A DNA stretch of 64,000 nucleotides from a bacterium (lineage in GTDB: Bacteria > UBA8248 > JACPRG01 > G963555815), in contig CAUVWX020000001.1 in the NCBI GenBank assembly GCA_963555815.3, positions 1,248,001-1,312,000 on the forward strand, written 5' to 3'. The position numbers and the translations under genes are program-made. Positions 59,624-64,000 of this stretch are shown here, piece after piece. The notes under the pieces are model-generated. The model saw only the letters and a list, made by a program, of their open reading frames with translations, did not search any database and had not been told where the DNA came from. Numbering within the stretch: the first letter of the stretch is position 1; each line of letters starts with the position of its first letter.

Positions 59624-59647
59624 AGGTGAAAAAAAGGTGGGTCCTCA

Positions 59648-60376
59648 ATGAGATTTCTTCGGCCTAAACGCAATCTTTCGCCGGAGTTGTTAGACCTTCC
59701 CGCCTGCGATCCCGGGGAGGTCGCAGGAAACCTTCAAGACATAGCCCGAGTCAACCGCTATCTGGGCGGGGCTTCGGCCCTCCTGAAACCGTTGACGCGC
59801 CTTATCGAGATCGACTTTCCTGACCCAAGGGACCGCGTCACGGTCCTGGACGTGGGGACGGGGGGTGGAGACCTTCCTCGCGCCATTTGTGCTTGGGCTC
59901 GCAAAAGGGGGCGGAGGATTCACGTGCTTGGCCTGGACCGCAAGAGAGAGGTCCTCAATTGGGCCCTCGAACATTCCGACGGGTTTAGAGAGATCACCTT
60001 CATCGGGGCGGATGCCCGATGGCTCCCTTGCGCCGACCAAGCCGTCGACTACGTGACGGCCTCCCTCTTCCTCCACCACTTCTCCTCGGAGGAGGCGGCC
60101 CTTTTGCTTCGGAAATTCGTCTCCTCCTCCCGGCGAGCCGTCCTCATCAATGACCTCAGGCGCTCCTTCCTCCCCTATCTCCTCATCCTCTTCCTGACCC
60201 GTCTGGGGACCCGCAACCGTCTGACCCGTCACGACGCGCCTCTCTCAGTCCTTCGGGCCTTCACGGGAGAGGAAATGGAAGGGCTGACCCGGGAGGCTGG
60301 CTTGGGTCTCTGGAGCCTCAAGCGGGCCTTCCCCTTTCGCCTCGTCCTTATGGCCAGGCCGGTGGAGCGGGGCTGA
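59648..60376 (+). CDS. class I SAM-dependent methyltransferase
   Basis: E..D......N..LGG, LDVGTGGGD, LFLHHF, NDL.R, HDA..SV.RAF. Confidence 0.88.
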   Translation: MRFLRPKRNLSPELLDLPACDPGEVAGNLQDIARVNRYLGGASALLKPLTRLIEIDFPDPRDRVTVLDVGTGGGDLPRAICAWARKRGRRIHVLGLDRKREVLNWALEHSDGFREITFIGADARWLPCADQAVDYVTASLFLHHFSSEEAALLLRKFVSSSRRAVLINDLRRSFLPYLLILFLTRLGTRNRLTRHDAPLSVLRAFTGEEMEGLTREAGLGLWSLKRAFPFRLVLMARPVERG

Positions 60377-60567
60377 TGTGGGATGTGCTCGTTGTGGGGG
60401 CCGGGCCCGCGGGCTCAGCCGCCGCCATAGACCCATTGGCCGGCGATGGAATGGCCATGGCCCTTCGCAGCGGTGAGCTCGCTTCAAAGGCGCTCATCGA
60501 TGGCCTGAGTGAGGAAGACCCCCATCGCGCCAACCGAGGGGCTTTTCAAAAGAAAGGAAAATATTGA
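60376..60567 (+). pseudogene. internally deleted FAD-dependent oxidoreductase (geranylgeranyl-reductase-like)
   Basis: N-terminal DVLVVGAGPAGSAAA joined directly to C-terminal IDPLAGDGMAMALRSG. Confidence 0.75.
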
Positions 60568-60690
60568 CCAATCAGTCTAGACAAGTGATATTCAATCATG
60601 ACCAATCAGTCTAAATAGGTGATATTCAACCACACTGGGTCGGCGAGACTGGCCGCCCCCCTTTTGGCACAACATTGACCGACTGGTCTA
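60565..60690. promoter_or_regulatory. three TetR-type (NemR-box-like) palindromic operators, two inside a 34-bp tandem repeat
   Basis: TGACCAATCAGTCTA at 60565 and 60599; TTGACCGACTGGTCTA at 60675. Confidence 0.6.
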
Positions 60691-60710
60691 GGAAACACGG
60701 AGAAAATACG

Positions 60711-61460
60711 ATGGGCAAGCTCGAGAACAAGATTGCAGTCATCACCGGCGGTAGCAGTGGTATCGGCTTCGCAATCGCGAAACGCTTCATCGACGAAGGC
60801 GCCAAGGTCGTCATCACCGGACGCAGCCAGGAGACGCTCGACACGGCGCTCTCCGAGCTCGGGGACCAGGCAATCGGTGTCCAGGGTGACGTCGCGAGCC
60901 TCGCGGACCTCGACAGACTGTATCAGACGGTGGCCGACCGTTTCGGCAAGATCGACGTGCTGTTCGTCAACGCCGGTATCGCACCGTTCGTGCCCCTTGT
61001 CGAAGCCACGGAGCAGCATTTCGATCATCTCTTCGACGTGAACGTCAAGGGCGCCTACTTCACCGTGCAGAAGGCGCTGCCGTATCTCGCCGAAGGAGCC
61101 TCGGTTGTCCTGAATTCCTCGTTTTTGAACCAGGCCGGCCTCGAAGGTACCAGCGTCTACGCCGCCACGAAGGCTGCGGTTCGCTCGTTCGCGCGCACGA
61201 TGTCCGCCGAGCTCGCTTCGCGTAGCATTCGGGTGAACTCACTCAGCCCCGGATTCATCGAGACTCCGCTCATTGGAAAGCTCGGTCTGCCTCAGGAAGT
61301 CGTCGAAGACTTCGCGAAAGCGCTGATGGAATGCGTGCCGCTGCACCGCCCCGGTCGAGCAGACGAGATGGCGGCGGCAGCGCTGTTTCTGGCCTCTTCG
61401 GACTCAACCTACGTCGTTGGCAGCGACCTCGTCGCCGACGGTGGGTTGGGCCAGATCTGA
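60711..61460 (+). CDS. short-chain dehydrogenase/reductase
   Basis: TGGSSGIG, VNAG, YAATK, DGG; GGAG RBS before ATG 60711. Confidence 0.92.
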   Translation: MGKLENKIAVITGGSSGIGFAIAKRFIDEGAKVVITGRSQETLDTALSELGDQAIGVQGDVASLADLDRLYQTVADRFGKIDVLFVNAGIAPFVPLVEATEQHFDHLFDVNVKGAYFTVQKALPYLAEGASVVLNSSFLNQAGLEGTSVYAATKAAVRSFARTMSAELASRSIRVNSLSPGFIETPLIGKLGLPQEVVEDFAKALMECVPLHRPGRADEMAAAALFLASSDSTYVVGSDLVADGGLGQI

Positions 61461-61491
61461 CCCCTTTTTTCAAACCCAATGGAGGTAAATC

Positions 61492-61866
61492 ATGCCTGCT
61501 ATGACACCCGAGGAAATGCACAAAGTATTCTGCGATGCGTTAAATTCTGGAGATCTGGACGGTCTCATGGCTTGCTATGAGCCGGGTGCCAGTGTGATTG
61601 CGGAGCCAGGACAAGTTATTACTGACAGCAACGCACTCCGCGCAGCACTAGGCCATTTTGTTTCGATGAAAGGGACTATGAACGCTAAGACTGGAACAGT
61701 AGTGACGGCAGGTGATGTAGCTTTCATGCACGCGGACTGGACCTTCACTGGGACCGACCCTAAAAGTGGAGATACCGTTAATCTTAAGGGTCGAGCAACC
61801 GAGGTACTGAGGAAACAATCTGATGGGAGATGGCTTTATCTGATAGACCTATTTGATGACGCCTAA
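61492..61866 (+). CDS. SnoaL/NTF2-like (DUF4440) protein
   Basis: F..ALN.GDLDGL...Y, EV.RKQ.DG.W. Confidence 0.85.
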   Translation: MPAMTPEEMHKVFCDALNSGDLDGLMACYEPGASVIAEPGQVITDSNALRAALGHFVSMKGTMNAKTGTVVTAGDVAFMHADWTFTGTDPKSGDTVNLKGRATEVLRKQSDGRWLYLIDLFDDA

Positions 61867-62061
61867 CCAGGATTTCCTATTGTAATATTGGCCGTCTCCA
61901 TTATCTCCTTCAGGCGACCCGAAGCCCAGCGTCACCCCCTCGAGGCGTCCTCAGCCTCCTTGGCCTTCTCGTGGCCGACCGCTAGGCCAACGTTGTCCCC
62001 CCTCCGGGGTCCGTGATAGCCTTTCCCATCGCGCCAACCGAGGGACTTTTCAAAAGAAAGG

Positions 62062-62394
62062 ATGAGCCAGATGACCGAAGATCGGGTCAGGGAATTCGAA
62101 GAGGTCTTGGCCCTCGATCCTGAGGACGCCACGGTTCGCTTTGGGCTCAGCCAGGCCCTCGTGGACGCAGGGCGCCCAGGGGAGGCTGTCCCCCACCTTC
62201 GGGAGGCTCTGCGGGTCAAGCCGGATTACTCCATGTGCTACCACCTTCTCGGCCAGTGTCTGGAGGCGACGAAAGATGTCGACGAGGCCCAGAAGGTCTA
62301 TCGGCAAGGGATGGAAGCCGCCAAGGGGCTGGGCGATCTCCACGTCGTTCACCTCATTGAAGAGCGCTTGAAGGCAATCGGCGAAAGCTCCTGA
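62062..62394 (+). CDS. TPR repeat protein
   Basis: L..DP.DA....L...L..G...EA...L..AL...P.Y....LG. Confidence 0.85.
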   Translation: MSQMTEDRVREFEEVLALDPEDATVRFGLSQALVDAGRPGEAVPHLREALRVKPDYSMCYHLLGQCLEATKDVDEAQKVYRQGMEAAKGLGDLHVVHLIEERLKAIGESS

Positions 62395-62506
62395 ACGCTA
62401 TAACGGAGTGGGACAGGGGGTTGGATTCACTGGAAATAAAAAAAGCAGGGGTCTAAATTAAATTTTTCGTGGGTGTTTCGCCCGCGATCAGAAGGGAGAT
62501 TTCAAG

Positions 62507-62992
62507 ATGTATTACATCACCCGAAGCTCCTGGCAGCAACTTCGGGAGCGGGTCGAGGGGTTGGAACGGCAAATCAGAGTGACCCTTGCCGGGGAGATCA
62601 AGGACGCCGCAAGCTTTGGGGACTTTTCGGAGAATGCCGAGCTCGATGCCGCCCGTGAAAAGCAGCAGCTCCTCACGTTGGAGGTCAACAATCTCCGCGA
62701 AAAGCTCAGCAACGCCCAGATCATCGATGACCTCCCCATCGACGGGTCCCGAGTAGCCATTGGCACCTCTGTCTCCCTCCGGGATCTGGACTCTGGCGAG
62801 GAGATTCTATGGACTATCTTGGGGGAGATGGAGACCAACGTGGAGCGTCGGGTCATCTCCTACAGCGCCCCGCTGGCCCGGGGACTCATGGGAAAGGAGG
62901 AGGGGGATGAGGTCAGCGTTCAGGTCCCCTCTGGGCGAAGGAGTTTTGAGATCCTTAAGGTGGAACGGGCTAACCTCTCCCCAAGCGCTTGA
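62507..62992 (+). CDS. greA: transcription elongation factor GreA
   Basis: A...GDFSENAE...A, ISY.APLA.GLMGK..GD. Confidence 0.93.
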   Translation: MYYITRSSWQQLRERVEGLERQIRVTLAGEIKDAASFGDFSENAELDAAREKQQLLTLEVNNLREKLSNAQIIDDLPIDGSRVAIGTSVSLRDLDSGEEILWTILGEMETNVERRVISYSAPLARGLMGKEEGDEVSVQVPSGRRSFEILKVERANLSPSA

Positions 62993-63003
62993 CCCCATTT
63001 CCC

Positions 63004-64000
63004 ATGAAAAATGGAAGCCCCATGCCTTTCAAGCACGAGACCGCGACCACCCTGGAGGAGGCCGTCCTCCAGCTCATTGAGCAAAACGGAGGGACCCGCC
63101 ACACTGATCTCATCCGGGGGCTCATCGCGACCGCCCTCCAATTGATGGACGACGAGACTAGCCGGGGGGACCTCAAGATCCTCAACGCGACTCTCAAGGA
63201 ACTTCGTTACGCCTTCAAAGTCTTTGCCCCTTACCGCCACGTCAGGAAGGTCAGCGTCTTCGGCTCTGCCCGCACGGGGCAGGGGACACCGGAGTGCGCC
63301 CAGGCCCGGGGGTTTGCCCAAAGGATGGTCGAGGAGGGTTTTATGGTCATCACGGGGGCTGGCCCGGGGGTCATGGAGGCGGCCAACGCTGGAGCGGGGG
63401 CCGAGAAAAGTTTCGGGGTCGGCATCCTTCTCCCCTTCGGCGAGCCGATCAACTCCGTTGTCCGGAATGACCCTAAGCTCATCGAGTTCAAATACTTCTT
63501 CACCCGAAAGCTCCTCTTCGTGAAGGAGACGGACGCCTTTGTCTTTCTTCCTGGAGGTTTTGGGACGCAAGACGAGGCGTTTGAGGTCTTAACGCTCCTT
63601 CAGACAGGAAAGAGCGAGCCGATACCGCTTGTGTTCCTGGACGCCCCGGGGGGCTTTTATTGGCGCGAGTGGCTCAGTTACGTGGAGCATCATCTCCTCC
63701 GTCGAAATCTCATCTCCCAGGAGGACTTTCATCTCTTCAAGGTTACGGACGACGTCGAGAAGGCTGTGGAGGAGATCTGCGCCTTCTATCGTCGTTATCA
63801 TTCCATGCGTTTTGTCCGGGACCGTCTGGTCCTGCGGCTTTCGAACCCTCTCCCCTCGGGGCGCCTAAAAGCCCTGAGTGAGGAGTTCGCCGATATCCTC
63901 ACCCGGGGCGCGATTGAGGAGAGCGGCCCGCTTGGGGAAGAGATGAACGAGCCCGAGATCGCCCACCTCGGGCGCTTGGTGCTTCACTTCGACCGGGAGC
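63004..64000 (+). CDS. LOG/TIGR00730 family Rossmann-fold protein (3' end runs off the window)
   Basis: Manual translation: VSVFGSAR, ITGAGPGVMEAAN, FKYFFTRK, PGGFGTQDE; start 63004 or 63022. Confidence 0.9.
   Translation, partial: MKNGSPMPFKHETATTLEEAVLQLIEQNGGTRHTDLIRGLIATALQLMDDETSRGDLKILNATLKELRYAFKVFAPYRHVRKVSVFGSARTGQGTPECAQARGFAQRMVEEGFMVITGAGPGVMEAANAGAGAEKSFGVGILLPFGEPINSVVRNDPKLIEFKYFFTRKLLFVKETDAFVFLPGGFGTQDEAFEVLTLLQTGKSEPIPLVFLDAPGGFYWREWLSYVEHHLLRRNLISQEDFHLFKVTDDVEKAVEEICAFYRRYHSMRFVRDRLVLRLSNPLPSGRLKALSEEFADILTRGAIEESGPLGEEMNEPEIAHLGRLVLHFDRE

Noticed and set aside
62920..63570. 216-aa minus-strand ORF
   Set aside because: Antisense to the LOG-family gene.

Overview
GC-rich bacterial chromosome segment from a diderm (lineage not determinable from sequence alone). 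Left arm (1-19.2 kb): housekeeping genes recG (partial), rpmB, rel/spoT, tatA, pcm, tRNA-Pro(CGG) and the conserved folD-xseA-xseB-ispA-dxs-tlyA run, plus oddities (CuA-less cupredoxin lipoprotein, DAHP-synthase-like protein with an altered KPRT motif, two genes with in-frame stops). Middle (19.3-48.1 kb): a mosaic surface-glycan locus (GT4 x3, GT2, GT9, priming sugar transferase, SGNH x3, radical SAM/SPASM x2, flippase, formyltransferase, deacetylase). It contains a minus-strand phosphonate biosynthesis operon: an HTH-PEP mutase-nucleotidyltransferase triple fusion, split phosphonopyruvate decarboxylase, Fe-ADH, a half-length (about 228 aa) enzyme carrying the 2-His-1-Gln methylphosphonate synthase signature, a cytidylyltransferase, a PhnA-like enzyme and an apparent sulfatase-like/flippase fusion. 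The most notable inference is a methylphosphonate-decorated glycan made with a single-domain MPnS-like enzyme. Right arm (48-64 kb): assorted metabolic and regulatory genes, a CADD-like gene, greA and a partial LOG-family gene. Several single-base frameshifts sit in short homopolymers (including in dxs) and may be assembly errors. All calls come from motif recognition by eye; no searches were run.
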